In this document: positions 1-13,027 of the stretch, in pieces
Numbering within the stretch: the first letter of the stretch is position 1
Layout: every line of letters starts with the position of its first letter
DNA from: Nitrospirales bacterium
Lineage (GTDB): Bacteria > Nitrospirota > Nitrospiria > Nitrospirales > UBA8639
Assembly: GCA_965203295.1 (NCBI GenBank)
Contig: CBDBCZ010000018.1
Location: 1,376,001-1,440,000, forward strand
Direction of reading: 5' to 3'
DNA: 64,000 bases
Notes under the pieces: model-generated
Seen by the model: the letters and a program-made list of their open reading frames with translations, nothing else
What the model was told of the DNA's origin: nothing
Database searches by the model: none
Made by a program: the position numbers and the translations under genes

Positions 1-83
1 ACAACCTACAGGATCTGATTCATATGCGCAACATGACCCACGTATACAAATTACGCGTACTGCTCCACATGTTCAACATACAG

Positions 84-1770
84 GTCCTCCCTCATCTATA
101 CGGTCACTAGGCACTGATGCAATCACTGTGTATGCAAGGTATCTTCGAGGCAAGTACAGGACTGGTATCTCCAATTTTTTCTTTCAGCAATGGCCTCCTC
201 CACCCACATATAAGGTTTTGAAGTTAGCTATGATTGTGGATGAAAACGTTCGATACGGTACCTCAGATGAGATAATCAGACACACCCTCCATGGACGAGT
301 GAATGATGTCCTATATACAAAAAAATCGGTGGAGCTGCAAGAAATTTTTCAACTGGACACTGCTGATCGTAAGGTTATTCTAATTGAGGGAGCGGCTGGG
401 TTAGGAAAAAGTACTCTCGCCTGGCACATCTGCAAGCAATGGCAATCTGGAGACCTGTTTCAAAAGTTTCACACTGTCATTTTGATTCAGTTGCGAGATC
501 CAGTAATCCATTCTGCTACATCACTAGAACACACACTTCCAGCAACAAAACAGACTCAGACTGCAGCAATAGTAGCAGCACTACAGGCGGATGAAGGGCG
601 CGGTGTGATGTTTGTTCTGGATGGCTGGGATGAACTACCAACGCGCCTTCGTACTGATTCAATTTTTCAGCAGCTCATTAATAATCCAAGCGATTTGGGC
701 TTAGCTTCCTGTGCCATTGTCATCACCTCTCGTCCCATAGCTTCCAGTGGCCTGTATCACAGTATTTCGTCTCGTATTGAAATACTGGGATTCACCGATA
801 CCGAAGTCAACGAGTATTTTGTAGAAGCACTTGGAGGTAATATGCAATCAGTAGAAAAACTACAGAATAGTCTAAAAGATCGAACTGTGATACAGGCCAG
901 TTGCTACATACCGCTAAATGCGGCGATTGTTACTCACCTGTTCAAAGCTCAAGACCAGAGCCTACCAACTACCCTCCATGGAGTGTTCACATCGCTGGTT
1001 ATCTGCTGTCTCATACGATATATGAAGAAAAAAAGCATAAAAGAACATATTTCGTCTCTTGACACCCTTCCTTCTTGTCTTGAGCAACCCTTTCACAAAA
1101 TCTGCACTCTAGCTTACCATGGAGTTATGAATAACCTGGCTACATTTTCGTCAGAGGACTTGGAGCAACTCGGACTGCCGCAAAAGTTAGTTACATTAGG
1201 ACTGATCCAAGGCTGTGAAAGCTTTGCTTCTTTTCAGGAAAAAGTATCTTATAATTTTCTGCATTTATCAGTGCAAGAATTGCTCGCTTCATTCCATATT
1301 TCCAAATTACCTGGACAGGAAGAAATTGAAGTATTTAAAAGGTTGTTTGGACAGCCTCAATTTTCTGGTGTGTTCCAGTTTTACTCTGCTTTTACTCAGC
1401 TGAAGTCCGAAGGCATTAGAGAAATAGTTTTTAACATAGTGAAGGGGAAAAAGAAACCAGAATTGGTGCATCTTCTTCATGGCTTGTATGAAGCTCAAGA
1501 TGTCTCACTCTGCCAGTTTGTGATTTATCACCTTAGTCAGAAGTTGGATCTGAGTTACATCTCTCTCAGCCCAGTCGGCTGCTTGTCTCTAGGGTATTTT
1601 CTGTGTAACATCTGCAATGTGGCCAAAGGAAAAATTGTAGTGAACCTTACCCACTGTTCACTTGATAATAAACGATTTTGTTTTCTTGTTAAAGAGTTTT
1701 CCAAGTTTAGTTCTAGCAAGATATCAGCAGCTGATACTGGAATACCAAGCTGTACTGAATTGGAAATTGA
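84..1770 (+). CDS. NLR (NACHT-LRR) receptor gene, large NACHT/winged-helix exon; N-terminal exon(s) lie upstream of the window
   Basis: ORF 128..1774 has Walker A GAAGLGKST, Walker B FVLDGWDEL, sensor-1 IVITSRP, IPL and the WHD motif FLHLSVQELLA. The frame is open back to a CAG acceptor at 81-83. Donor GA|GTGAGT at 1770/1771. Confidence 0.95.
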
Positions 1771-2002
1771 GTGAGTTACCTGCAGAGTATTTGTATGCCA
1801 GACCTAACCAAGCACAGTACTCAGCAACGTGAATGTAATAGATGTTGAGGAAAGGAACTAATGTTAATTTCATGCAATCATCCATATTTGAAGTCTTTGT
1901 AACCATTGCCACTTCTCGTACTGAAAATACATTAGTAACTATGTACATTAAAGTTATCTAGGAATAAAGTTACCTGGTTGGCATGCTCAACATATCCTTA
2001 TA

Positions 2003-2058
2003 ATAGTGAAGGAGAAAAAACAGACTTAGTGCATTTTCATGGCTTATACGAAGCTCAA
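2003..2058 (+). other. Degenerate intronic copy of about 60 bp of the NACHT exon
   Basis: atagtgaaggagaaaaaacagacttagtgcattttcatggcttatacgaagctcaa aligns with 1436-1498 (IVKGKKKPELVHLLHGLYEAQ) with indels. Confidence 0.75.
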
Positions 2059-3964
2059 AGCATTTTACTATGACAGCACAAAACTAAACATCTTAAACAG
2101 TTCAAATAACAAATGATATCAAGGAATGAATTAATATTTACTTGAGCAGTGGGAATGGTTACAAAAGCAGCATATCTAGGTGCTTGCATGAGTAAATGGA
2201 CAAATAAAATTATAATTATTTTTCAGTAAAAATCTTAACACTCCATGTATGTACGTTTAAGTTTTTATAGAGTTTTCAAGAATGAAATTATGTATTGAAT
2301 ATTTACTACAATCACTTGGTAGGCATGCATTAAACTCAAGGTCATTTTTTTGGTGCCAACCCACTCTGAACTTGAATTCAAGCATCATAGTAATCTGTCG
2401 ATGAATACCTCATTCCAGTATAAAATTAACAGAAAGCTCTTATGTCTGCCTAATTTCTTCAGCAGAATAGTTCCTGGGAATTCCACACAGTCATTCATGA
2501 AGCTGTAACTGGCCATTATGATACGGGCTAGACACATACATGTACAGAGTGTCGACAGCTATAATGTATTACAACAAAAATGGAAGGGCTACTTTAACAA
2601 ACCAATCGTTACCTCAGTTGCAGGCTAACTATCATGCTTGAGTGCAGTCCACTGTGTGTGTTACAAAAAAAATACAAGTAATTGCACTTGCTTCCCTCAC
2701 AAACGTACTTGTACTTGCTACACTAGCTTGCTTCATTTGCTCCATATTGAAAGATTACCTCTATGTGATCTGTATGGAACATTTAGCATCTGTCAGTGGT
2801 AGTTAGTAGTGCTACTGACTGAGCCACATACAGACACATTTCCACATCATTGATGTCCACATTCAGAGCTCATTGAAATGAGACTCTGTCATAGAGGGAG
2901 GAGAATGCATAGTATTTGTGCACACCACATTCGTTTGGTAGCCAAAGCTCTTTGTAATCTCTCGGTGCGTTCAATATCTGGCAGTGGCAGTAGACTATAG
3001 TGTAGTAGACAGATTTGTGCCTGAGCCATCTGAAGGCAGTAACTTAAGGAGAGAAGCCGACAGTAAACAACTGCAAAACGATACAAAAAAGCAAAGATTG
3101 AAGACCAGCTCTTCATAGCCATTGCCTACGTGTACACATGGTGATGAATGGGATGGCTCAGGTTTCTTGAGTATGGTAAGTGCAGCTGCCTTTGTTCAGA
3201 AGAGCGATAGCTACACGTATAATTTTGAAGTTGTAGACAACCCAGCTAACTTGAAGTAGCTAAAGCAGGAAGTTGATTGAAGTACGGACTATAGCCTACC
3301 TAGATATTAACATTCCATTAGTCAAAATAGATAGTGTGTTCAGTAACAGCTAACCAGAGATAAAATTAGTCACTGAACTAGATGTCTATAGAGGTCCTAT
3401 GCATCTTCCATGATTCTGTACGGTTAGGAAAGCAAGAACTGGAAACCAATTCCAACCAAAGATGTGATTAACAGTTGAAGTTACCTAGCTACTGCCTGAT
3501 TCCTACATTCTGCATGATTCCTACAATCTGCAATACTCAAACTAATGTCAATCAAAGATGCTGAGTGAACAGTCTACGAAGTATATGTATAGTTATAGTG
3601 TTGCTGTTAGAATAATATGTCTTGTTGTATTGGTTTACACACTCCATAACACAGTATACAGAGAGTATGCCAGTATGGTATGGTCGCAGTGTAAACTATA
3701 GACTCAGAGTATGAGATTAGGATATATACTGGTAGTCTGTTACCGCAATAATATTGATATGATGTATAGGAACTGTAAGAAATGTATGCTTATGCCTCTG
3801 TGAAAAAGTAAACCAGGCACCTTGATTAATAAGTTAAGATAATGGCTACTATAGTATAACACTACAACCTAGTAGTTTTCTCTGTTGTGCAGATGATTAG
3901 CATTAGACAGTTACTTATTGTAGTCATGAATAAAAGTAATCAACTAGACTATTCCTCTCTCCAG

Positions 3965-4048
3965 ATTCACTGACAATGATGTTGATGATTGCGGGGCAGC
4001 TGTACTTTGTGGAGCCTTACATCATAACAACTCACTAAAGACATTGAA
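3965..4048 (+). CDS. NLR LRR exon 1 (type A, 84 bp): FTDNDVDDCGAAVLCGALHHNNSLKTL
   Basis: ttcctctctccag acceptor, GTGAGT donor, phase 2-2, ribonuclease-inhibitor-like LRR consensus. Confidence 0.92.
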
Positions 4049-4360
4049 GTGAGTTTGTATGTGCGTTGAATGTTTTATACCTGAATGCTCCCTGATTTAT
4101 TTTCAGTGGTGTGGTATGTATCAGCAATTCTTTCACTGAGTGAAACATTTGATACCACTATGCAACCCTTTACATGACGAAGAGTATTATGCCCACAGCA
4201 CATTAATTTGGCCCACACCACCACTGTCAAATGTAGTTGTATGTGCATACCGAAAATACAGTGATTTGCAGATGAAATCTTAAAACATGCATTTGTCAGT
4301 GTGTGCATGAGTGAATAACATCTAGTCTGATGGCTGTCTTTGTATGTCTTTTCCTTATAG

Positions 4361-4444
4361 CCTTCAAGGCAACAAGATTGGAATCCCAGGAGCTGCAGCC
4401 ATCGCAGATTTATTGCAAAAGAACAAGGCCTTGGAACACCTGAA
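4361..4444 (+). CDS. NLR LRR exon 2 (type B, 84 bp): LQGNKIGIPGAAAIADLLQKNKALEHL
   Basis: ttttccttatag acceptor, GTAAGA donor, in frame with exon 1. Confidence 0.92.
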
Positions 4445-5357
4445 GTAAGAACAGTAGAGCTTGCAATAAATTTTCAGGTAATAGCACCAAGAGTTACTCG
4501 TAGTAGCAGCTTACTGCCACTGCTTGGTGGATTCAGAGGAGTCTCTAAAGTATCTGGAGACAAATGCGTGAACCTCATGCTAACTTTTTAAGGAAGCAAA
4601 TTTAATAGTCACCGAGATTGTTGGGAACTAGTTTATTGTTATTATGGCACTGCTAGTCTTATACAAAACTAGCAATCAATGCTGTAGACGCATCTCAATC
4701 TCTTGGTAGGTAAACATAGACCACACTCCACAATGCTCTTGTAGAGGGGCTACCTGAACCAACTTCATTTCACATTATGTCATGTAGTTATTTGATGATG
4801 TCACTTTCTGTTCACTAAGTAAAAGTTATTACTGGTTTACCCATGATTAATCTCCTGGAAAGAACTGTACAGTTATGCTTTACAGTAGCTAGTGGAATAT
4901 AATATATATTTGTACATTAGCAACCCTCATACAAGGATTACTGAAGACATTAGCCTCATATTCATGTACTTATGAGTTGTTAACATAAAGACCCAGTAAT
5001 GAGTTGTGGTAAGCTTACTAGCAAAAATATTCAGTAAAAACTGAACCAGCAGCAGAGGCTAAAATGGCGGAAGATAGGATCTAAATTACACTCAGAATCT
5101 CCACCAGCCCCCACTGGAAGGGAGATGCTTGGGTCCAGGCAAGGCCATCATCATCAAGTGACCCGCAAAAAGAGGAATGGCAGTTGACAGTCGTACTCCT
5201 GCCCCACAACCCTTTATAACAAGAAATCGGGAGGGATTAATCATAACAGGCAATTCCAAGGCTACCAATTCTAAGGCGACACACTGACCTTCACATCAGC
5301 AGTACGAAGATCTATAGGGCAACTCTGACGAAGCAGCTGACCAGGGTGTCCATCAGA

Positions 5358-5490
5358 CATTTTCCATTTTCGGAAGCAAACAAGGTACACTGCTGCCACT
5401 ACTGCGGAAGGAATTCCATTCCACTGTCTGATACTGCAAGGACTGTGAGCTTTTCCTGTCCCACATAGGGAAACTAGACTCCTTGCTCTT
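5358..5490 (+). mobile_element. Relic of a piggyBac-like transposase C-terminal cysteine-rich domain
   Basis: HFPFSEANKVHCCHYC, then after a frameshift STV*YCKDCELFLSHIGK; resembles the HFP..C-x2-C..WYC-x2-C..LC motif. Confidence 0.55.
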
Positions 5491-8092
5491 CATTCTCAAT
5501 TATAGGCTTACCTGGAATGAGTGATTACGCATATCTAACAGTAGTCAGTCATGATTATATATTGGCATCTACCCAGTATCAATAGTGCTTTCTATGACTT
5601 ACTGTAAAGCGCTATCCTGTACAATACTTTGCTGTATTTTAAGTGTGTATAGCTCCACTTCACGCTTGATGCTTCCTCACTATGGGCTGACGTTACGATG
5701 AACAATTCACAATTAAATTATTGTAGTAGCTTTACGCTTTTTTCTCAGAAACTGTAAGTGATATTATTCCAAACAAGCTGCATCCCAACAGCACAAAAAA
5801 GGAGTAAAGCTTCTAGAACAGAGAAGTAGCTGCTTTACAAACACCCCCAGTTATTCCACCTGTAACTACATGTAGCCTATTTGCTAAAACAACTTTGAGC
5901 CAAATTACTTAGAGTCTGAGGGGAGTAGGACCCTAAAATTTTCACTGGCACACCTTCACAAGACTTACTAAGTCGTGATGAAAGCATATCTGGTGCTCTG
6001 TTTACATTTTAGCTATAATCAACAAACTTTACCTGCTTTTGTGAAAGAAAAACACCCTCATTAGTGTAAAATCTTCATTATACGACCAGATTTTTTTTTC
6101 ATTTTTTTTTTCATGCCGCCTTGCAAAATATATACTCGGCTACCCTGCAACACTTCAGAATGAAGAAGAAATGTTTTTCTTTTGTTGTATTTGGCACAAG
6201 GTGGGTAGAACACGGCAAGGCTAGCCATTGCGGTAACACTTTACATGGCTTCACAATGAATAATATTAGCAAAAGTACTATACAAACAATAAGCATGCGC
6301 AGTAAAGTAAAATGAAGATGCAGCATGACAGGCATACACATCATACATGCACAGCAACTTCATATAGCTTTCATCAGGGGAACTACAAAGACACTCATAG
6401 ATGCACCTCAATTAAAAGGGTATCACTGATTCTTATCTTCTGCTGAACTACGTGTTGAAATTGTGCAATGAATTAACTGTAGTTGTGAATTTTGACTGTA
6501 TGCTGCAAAACGTTTCTTCATTTATTGCAATCCAGATGGTAAGAAAATCACGCAAAAACACTTTGACACTAACCACAGCTACTACTACTTTACCTGTTCT
6601 CTAATTCTTTTTCAGCTCCCAGAGGCACTGTACATTGGCCATAGCCTCGCATAGCCAGACTACGTTGGCCATGGGTCTGGTAGTGCAGTAATGTGTGAAG
6701 ACACATGTGTGTGCGCCTTTTTGAACACTATTATAATTACATTTCTGCATTCACTATCAATTACATAATAATAACTACTTTACAGTAATGTAAACAGGAA
6801 ACCAGCTGCATTCAGTTATTACCTTAACACGTGGCTACATAACATCACTTTTGTAGGTCATTTTTATCATCGTACAAAACTTAGAATCATCGATCTCATA
6901 AAGCAATATTTGTAAAAGAATGGATTACCTTTTTATTAATGCAACAGTATATGGCACTCATAAGCTGTGCTATAGAACCGGCTAAAGGGCCCCTACCTTA
7001 ACTATTCATGTTAGCTACCACTCATCGTTTCTTAGTTTCATCTGTCAAAAGCTCCAGATTGTCACAGATTTAAACAAAAACAGGTTTTGTCATTGGTAGG
7101 GTTACAATGCTCTGTGCTTGTCCACCTGGAGAAAGAACGTGATTTACACCAGGCCTCAAACTCAACCTTCCCAGCTTTTATTTGGTATCTATCACTGTTT
7201 TATGGGCTTTCCTTTCAGACACTGATGTATGTAGTGAAGAGGGCACTGTAATATATTGATGGCTGACCTAGTCACTACTTAGCATGCTGGGGTTTTATAT
7301 TTTACTTTCACTTCTGGACTTAGTTTCCACTCCTAGAGCACACATTAGGGTACGTGACCTTATACGAGGACTGGAAACGAGCCTATTTGAACAAATCAAA
7401 CAAACAATGGTACAATTCAGTGCAATGTTTGTTAACCAGTTACTGCTGTTAATTCAGGCTTCAGTAATATATTTTAACTTTTCTTCTGAAACTGACAGCG
7501 CTACAATGTGTACTAATATATTTCGGACGGTGTCTAATTCCAGACAAATGTAATTTTTACCGGTTAGCTATAGATCTAGCCCAATGCTGATCGAAAATTT
7601 CCAAAAAATACACTTGTCCGGAATTAGGCACCCATCCGAAATTAGGCGACCTTACCTTACACCACCATTACGTCATTATTTGTATTGCCGCCAATACTTG
7701 GTAATCCGCCCAAATTAAGAGAATCCCATTCTAGTTAATGCAACTGCTAAGTCTTTACTACTTCAGTTGACTCCAAGCCTGTCCAAGTTTACTCTCCTAT
7801 AGACAAATTAAAAATTATGTCACCGTTTTACCGTTCACTCTGGGATTATTCCTGCTTAAACAGGCAGGCAACACACTGGATCGTTAACAACATCCATAGC
7901 ATCAACAGATTCATAGCACGAGCAGCTAGCATAGCCATTTGGTTTGTATTCCAAATGAAAAACATTGAATGACATCATAACGTATCTGCACCAGCGCGCG
8001 TGGCACCGTATTGGAACGAGAGCTATATAATGGAGTAAGAATCAAAGTTCAAAGTTCATAATTTTGGAAGTACGACGTTGTATATGAGGCAC

Positions 8093-8679
8093 GAGAGCTA
8101 TTGGAATGAGGAGTGAGAGCTATTGGAATAAGGAGTGAGAACTATTGGAATGAGGATTGAGAACTATTGAAATGAGGATTGAGAACTATTGGAGTGAGGA
8201 GTGAGAGCTATTGGAATGAGGAGTGAGAGCTATTGGAGTGAGGAGTGAGAACTATTGGAATAAGGAGTGACAACTATTGGAATGAGGAGTGAGAACTATT
8301 GGAATGAGGAGTGAGAACTATTGGAATGAGGAGTGAGAGCTTTTGGAGTGAGGAGTGAGAGCTTTTGGAGTGAGGAGTGAGAACTATTGGAATAAGGAGT
8401 GAGAACTATTGGAATAAGGAGTGACAACTATTGGAATGAGGAGTGAGAACTATTGGAATGAGGAGTGAGAACTATTGGAATGAGGAGTGAGAGCTTTTGG
8501 AGTGAGGAGTGAGCACTATTGGAATAAGGAGTGAGAAGTATTGGAATGAGGAGTGAGAACTATTGCAATAAGGAGTGAGAACTATTGAAATGAGGAGTGA
8601 GAACTATTGGAATGAGGAGTGAGAACTATTGGAATGAGGAGTGAGAACTATTGGAATAAGGAGTGAGAACTATTAGAAT
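8093..8679. repeat. 22-bp minisatellite, about 26-27 copies (GAGAACTATTGGAATGAGGAGT)
   Basis: Head-to-tail units with point variants are directly visible. Confidence 0.95.
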
Positions 8680-9545
8680 CACTTTATTTTAATTGGACAA
8701 GTAGCTGAGCAATATTTCTAAAACCAAAAACCTTTAGGTTTAATGTTGTTAGAGGTACTGCTAAAACATTTTGGAATATTTGTCTAGCTACTAGACTAAG
8801 CGTTAAATAGACCAAATCTCTGCTCTGGTGTTGTGAACGAGTAAGCTGCACAGTTAATTAATACATATCGGTACACTAACTGTATTTGTACTCACACAGA
8901 CATCCACTTAGCATATGTATGCACACTTGTACACTTATACAGTATACAATAATTAATTCCATTGTAAAATTTTTGAATGTGATGAGATCAGCTCAAGATC
9001 AGGCATAATTACAGTGCATAGCTATAGACTTTTTGGTTTGGCAGATGTAGCTACCTTGCAGTAGAACAATGAATGTCAACAAGCCGAAGCACAGACTGAA
9101 GTGTATAGCCTATCAAGACACAATAATTTCTCCAGATATAGCTTAGCCTAGAGGTATCTGATTGGGCTTGAGTGTGAACACTTTCTGCCTTTAATTATTC
9201 TGTTCTGGTAAGCTGCGTGCATGATTAGAATAAAAGTTTTGAATGGGAACTGAATGGGATTAGAACGCTCATCATTAACAGCAGTGACCTTGGGCAGTGG
9301 GTCAGAGTCTCTGGTTGTTTAATAGTAGGAAATAGGAAAATTCAAAGAAACAGATTCTGAGATCTTGGGTATAAACTTGATTCATTATTTTTGGTAATAT
9401 TGAATGCTCAGATCTTATACTGTCAGGGAGTGTCCATTGAGCTAGAGGGGTATACTATTAGCTACATGAAGTGGAAATTATCAGTTAGTGTAGTTGCTGC
9501 TCTATACTGAAAATGGATATTAAACAAGGCTGTTTCTCTCTCCAG

Positions 9546-9629
9546 TCTTGAGGGGAATGCTGTCGGTGATGAAGGGGCAGCTCTACTTTGCGGTGCTCTG
9601 AAGGCAAACGCCTCACTGAAGAAACTCTT
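9546..9629 (+). CDS. NLR LRR exon 3 (type A, 84 bp): LEGNAVGDEGAALLCGALKANASLKKL
   Basis: tttctctctccag acceptor, GTGAGT donor. Confidence 0.92.
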
Positions 9630-10111
9630 GTGAGTAAACACATATTAAATATTATAGTATGGTCTACCACTTATTCTGTAAGTAGAACTTTCTGTTATTA
9701 ACATTTATTCTTCACTAATGAAGTAAGTAGCACATAGTACACTTCGACACTTCAGCTGTCATCAGACTACTGCATCAATAACCTCTCTCATTTCCATTCA
9801 ACTGTTAATGTATCACCTCTATTTACTGCTAATGTTTTGCAGCTGTTGCTCAAAGGAAACTACAACTCAGATTATCAACTAATACGTTTGTCCCTTTGCT
9901 AAGAGAAATCATACAACTCCACCATGTGACACAGGGAAGTCATATCATGCACACACACCATTTTATAGTTTCAAACTGAGTTAGGTGTAGCACAGTGAAG
10001 CTATTTGATAATGCACAAGACCTTCCATACAAAGCCATGCATCTATCATTGTTTCAATGGATGGCCCACATTCCAGGCTTATGATTGTTTGTGTATCTTC
10101 CACCCCTGTAG

Positions 10112-10195
10112 ACTTGGAGACAACAACATTGGATCAGCCGGAGTGAACTCAATTGCTGGTTTGCTACGTCAGAATAACACTCTGGAAACCCTGAA
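10112..10195 (+). CDS. NLR LRR exon 4 (type B, 84 bp): LGDNNIGSAGVNSIAGLLRQNNTLETL
   Basis: cacccctgtag acceptor, GTGAGG donor; matches the tail of ORF 10005..10199. Confidence 0.92.
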
Positions 10196-10211
10196 GTGAG
10201 GATACTATATA

Positions 10212-10865
10212 CCGTATAATTTCCAATTATTCTTCCAAATAAAATGATTTTTTGGGGGTTGACAATTTCATTGAAGGTGATTAATTACGAGCAGTGGTGA
10301 ATAAATAAAAGATTAGCCTGAGATATTGACAGCATGTCCGATATTCACTCTTTACTTGCATTGTTAACAAGCCTCGACCTCTCCATGCTTTCTTCCACTT
10401 CTGCTACTTCAGTCTTTAGCATTCAGCAGTGGCATCATATCCACGAACGTGCACACACAAGCAACTAAAGACAGCCATGACAGGCAGTAAGCTTATGCAT
10501 GATACGCACGCTAGCTAGCTAGTCACGTCTAACAACTGCAACAAGTAAGCTTGCTCACGCTTGTCTCTCGCTACTACGCACAGATTGAGCACAACAATAA
10601 CAATATGCATAAGAAACAGCAGGTGCGCAGTTAGATTTGGCCAACCTTTTTGTCCTCGGTATGGCTTTCTGTATCAGCCAGTCACACTCCAGGGCATTCC
10701 TGCTGACATAATCTGTAGTAGAAGCTGAGCATGTAGCAGCTGGCAAATATTAGAATGATAATTTCAGAATAAGCCTGTGAATTTGTTGGAGAAAATTAAT
10801 TGTTTTCCCCGGAAAACTGGTGTGTGGCAAATAATTAGAGGGGTTAATAATTAGAAATTATATGG
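10212..10865. mobile_element. MITE, Tc1/mariner (pogo/Tc2-like) type, copy 1
   Basis: TIRs CCGTATAATTTCCAATTATT / AATAATTAGAAATTATATGG with TA on both sides. A homologous copy lies at 35946-36522. Absent from the paralogous intron after LRR exon 6. Confidence 0.85.
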
Positions 10866-11204
10866 TACATAATTAATCTAATAAAAATGCTTTGCCTATA
10901 GCATTTATAGCCCCTAAGTTTGTAGCAGGAGTAGTTCATTGCCAGTGGAGGATCTGGGGGTTGTGATGCTTCTGGCAACTGACTAAATTTATTCACGCCA
11001 ACACTACATAAGCACCTAGACACTACTCGTATCAACAACACATTTCCAGAAACTAGACCATGGCAATACTTTCAATAGCTGACTGTAGCCTCCTGCCCAG
11101 ACAAGTCTCATTATTGCCGAGCGCCTTAGTGCGAGGCAATTAATCTTGCAGTGCGGCAGTCGAATCTGAGCTAGCATATATATTATGTGTATATATATAT
11201 ATAT

Positions 11205-11497
11205 ACTAGGTGAATGCAAGCATTGTGGGGTGAGCGTGAGCGAGGTATTAGCCCATGCGTACGTTAGCAGGACGCGCCCTCAGCAGCTCTTTTGGCTCCT
11301 TCTCTCGTCTCAGTGTCACTTGTTGGTGGCCCCCCGAGAAATTGAGGCTACTACAAAGCGCGTTGTGACTAAAATTTGTCTGTGTTATCATAATTGGTGG
11401 TATACATTTACAATTTACTGTAAAACTATGGCAACCAGCAATGTGTGTGTTATCTCAACTCAGGGCGTGCGCAATTGTACGTGAGCTTGCCTTACCA
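11205..11497 (-). mobile_element. Non-autonomous Helitron/Helentron-like element
   Basis: Minus-strand end ctcgctcacgctcaccccacaatgcttgcattcacCTAGT is shared with 13951-13991. The other boundary is approximate. Confidence 0.5.
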
Positions 11498-11699
11498 GCC
11501 CTGAGTGGGCACTCTATGTAATTTGGTTTTCAAATTACAATGTAAATTGGCAGTGGCTTCAAAGAGCTTAAGCAGTTCATCAGAGTCATACTGCAAACTG
11601 CAAACATATCAATTTCTTATGACTAATAACATCCCATTAAAGTACGTAGGTGTGTGTATTACGCAATGCTTGTATTGGTACAGTGCATTACTAACTTAA

Positions 11700-11842
11700 C
11701 TCTTCACCAACCAATGACGCATATATGCGTCATGAGCTCCCATAAGCCCTTATTAATTTATATGGGGGTTTTAATACAAGGCGTTAATACTTTGTACAGG
11801 CTTTTCTGCTTCTTTAAGCTGTTTCTTATGGTTGGTAAAGGG
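11700..11842. mobile_element. 143-bp piggyBac-type MITE, copy 1
   Basis: TTAA|CTCTTCACCAACC...GGTTGGTAAAGGG|TTAA; near-identical copy at 26957-27099. Confidence 0.9.
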
Positions 11843-12490
11843 TTAATCATAATGTCTAAGTGTGAGACTAGCCTGATATTGTGAGTTGGAACTGCAAAAA
11901 ATAGTAGAATGGAAGCTGTCTAATGCTGATGCATTTGGCAAATAGATAGTGTTTAATCCATTTTGGGGTATTGTTATGCATTCGAGTATAGGTTTGGACG
12001 TATTATTAGGACATGTTAGGAGACTTTCCACTGTAGTAATGATGTAATACGTTTGCTGTGGACTTAGAGCCCTGAACTAGAACCATAGTAGGAAGGTGAC
12101 TTAGGTGTTATATCCTCTTTCTATTCAGTATGACCCTGACAGCCCTTATCTTGCATCATGTGCTTTTATTTACTGTAAATAGGGATGTAGGACGTAATTA
12201 TTATTTATGCAAGGCCTATAAATTGCTGTCATATGTTGTACAAGCAGTTCTGACTAAGGAAAGAAATATTTTGGATGCTCCTATAAAGTGAACTACTGCA
12301 ACTCTAAGGATCCAATCCACGCAATTCAGTTGCGTGACAGGTATATTAGCTTACAATTTAATGGTGAGTAATTAGTGTCAGAGATTTTTTATTCAAGACA
12401 GTAGGTATGCAGAAAATGAATACTGAGAGTAGTCATTCATGCTATACAGTGATAATTGGATGCTTAAGAATGGACTATTCCTCTCTCCAG

Positions 12491-12574
12491 TCTCTACTAC
12501 AATGATGTTGGTGATGAAGGGGCAGCTCTACTGTCTGGTGCTCTGAATGTCAACTGCTCACTGAAAAGACTAAA
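12491..12574 (+). CDS. NLR LRR exon 5 (type A, 84 bp): LYYNDVGDEGAALLSGALNVNCSLKRL
   Basis: Acceptor gactattcctctctccag (identical to exon 1), GTAAGT donor. Confidence 0.92.
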
Positions 12575-12943
12575 GTAAGTATACGCATACACCTTATTCT
12601 GTGAAAAGAGCCTGAAATTACGTAATTATTGTCACTCTTCAGATAGGTACTGCATAATTGAATACACTTTACTGTCCAGCTACAACTTAGATTATCAATA
12701 CTTTGTCATTAAATTTTTTACTGAGAGAATCCATATGACAACAATGTGTCACAGGGAAGCCCTATGATGCACACCGGACTTGGTTTTAAACCACTAGTCT
12801 TAAACTGAGTTTAGTGTAGCATAGTGAAGCCATGTAGTGTTTCACAGAACCTTCTACACAATACGAAGCAACGAATTGTCAGCGTGTGCATGGATGACTG
12901 ACACCCAGGCTGATGATTGTCTCTGTATCTTCTATCACTGTAG

Positions 12944-13027
12944 CCTTGGAGGCAACAGAATTGGACTTGCTGGGGTGAAATCGATTTCTGGCTTACTACG
13001 ACAAAATAAGAATCTGAAAGAACTGCG
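12944..13027 (+). CDS. NLR LRR exon 6 (type B, 84 bp): LGGNRIGLAGVKSISGLLRQNKNLKEL
   Basis: tcactgtag acceptor, GTAAAG donor; matches the tail of ORF 12837..13031. Confidence 0.92.

Noticed and set aside
128..130. GTG start of the 548-aa ORF as the true initiation codon
   Set aside because: The frame is open upstream to a splice acceptor at 83 and no N-terminal effector domain is present; this is an internal exon.
7521..7641. About 26-bp inverted repeat pair as a regulatory hairpin or terminator
   Set aside because: More likely degenerate transposon termini; no defined element or TSD, and intrinsic terminators are not expected in this eukaryotic context.
8093..8679. CRISPR array
   Set aside because: Contiguous tandem units with no unique spacers, no cas genes, and eukaryotic intron context.
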